Source of the DNA: an uncultured Verrucomicrobiae bacterium
Lineage (GTDB): Bacteria > Verrucomicrobiota > Verrucomicrobiia > Limisphaerales > Palsa-1400
Direction of reading: 5' to 3'
Length of the DNA: 64,000 nucleotides
Assembly: GCA_963707025.1 (NCBI GenBank)
Contig: CAVPOM010000005.1
Coordinates: 576,001 to 640,000 of the forward strand
Shown: positions 63,378-64,000 of the stretch, piece by piece
How the letters are laid out: the number at the start of each line of letters is the position of its first letter
Numbering within the stretch: the stretch's first letter is position 1
Notes under the pieces: model-generated
What the model saw: the letters and a program-made list of their open reading frames with translations, nothing else
The model's database searches: none
What the model was told of the DNA's origin: nothing
Position numbers and translations under genes: made by a program

Positions 63378-64000
63378 ATGAAGACCCGCATCCCAATCAT
63401 CAACTCTCACTTCAGCCTGCTGACCTCCGCCTTTCTGGCAATTGGTGCAACGGCACGGTCCGCCGACACGTCCACCCTCAAGGACGCCTACAAAGACCAG
63501 TTCTATGTTGGCGTGGCCATCAACCGCACCATCGCGATGAGCGTAGCGGTCCGCGCGGACAACGTCAACCGAAACCAGGAACAGGTCAACAAAGACATCT
63601 CTCTCGTCAAGGAACAGTTCAACCAGATTTCTCCGGAGAACGACCTGAAGTGGGCACTCATCCATCCGCAGGAAGGCCCGGACGGCTATAATTTCGGCCC
63701 GGCTGACGCTTACGTGAACTTCGGCCTGAGCAATCACATGTATATCGTGGGTCACACACTCGTCTGGCACGGCCAGACACCCAACTGGGTATTCGCCGGA
63801 ACGAATCTCCCGCCGGGAGACACCAACGCCGCCGCCAGCGCCGTTACGGACGCGAATCCGCCCGGGACAAACGCGCCAGGGCGTGGAAGAGCAGGCCGTG
63901 GTTTCGGCGGCGGCTTCGGTCGTGGCGGTCTTAGCGGACCGCGCGCGTCGCGCGACGAGTTGCTCCAGCGGATGCGCGATCACATTCACACCGTCGTTGG
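63378..64000 (+). CDS. GH10 endo-1,4-beta-xylanase, N-terminal part (runs off window)
   Basis: Own translation from ATG 63378: signal peptide, LKDAYKDQFYVGVA, QFNQISPENDLKW, GHTLVWHGQTPNWVF, RMRDHIHTVVG. Confidence 0.92.
   Translation, partial: MKTRIPIINSHFSLLTSAFLAIGATARSADTSTLKDAYKDQFYVGVAINRTIAMSVAVRADNVNRNQEQVNKDISLVKEQFNQISPENDLKWALIHPQEGPDGYNFGPADAYVNFGLSNHMYIVGHTLVWHGQTPNWVFAGTNLPPGDTNAAASAVTDANPPGTNAPGRGRAGRGFGGGFGRGGLSGPRASRDELLQRMRDHIHTVV

Overview
This is a GC-rich bacterial window whose gene style fits Verrucomicrobiota (Pedosphaerales/Limisphaerales-like); that placement is inferred from the H-X9-DG prepilin, FFRL-type C-termini and PQQ-propeller protein. 1-7.4 kb holds the end of a sugar porter, two SGNH/CE12-like esterases and an AGE-epimerase/MFS/nagA/nagB amino-sugar operon. 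7.5-11.9 kb is a decayed integrative region around tRNA-Ser(CGA): an integrase stub, arm-like repeats, an AT-rich tract, a PQQ-propeller gene, a radical-SAM stub and a sigma54-driven small ORF with paired enhancer-like palindromes. 12-64 kb is a very large plant-hemicellulose CAZyme cluster (GH39, 2x GH29, GH95, 2x GH51, GH3, malectin lipoprotein, GH31, 3x GH43, GH27, CE1-type esterases, partial GH10), interrupted by an IS4 with a 9-bp target duplication and many gene remnants. It contains no TonB/SusCD or ABC transporter. Instead it embeds a 16-kb module: two sensor kinases with circularly permuted PA14 domains, two NarL/LuxR regulators, a 4xLamG/3xIg secreted protein, an SGNH-TPR protein and an H-X9-DG prepilin. 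A shared 7-2-7-like operator (ATACGACGTTTG...) links this module to the CAZyme genes. Many secreted enzymes carry RGG/FG-rich loop inserts. Five genes are split by +1 insertions, probably assembly errors. All family calls are from motif recognition, not database searches.
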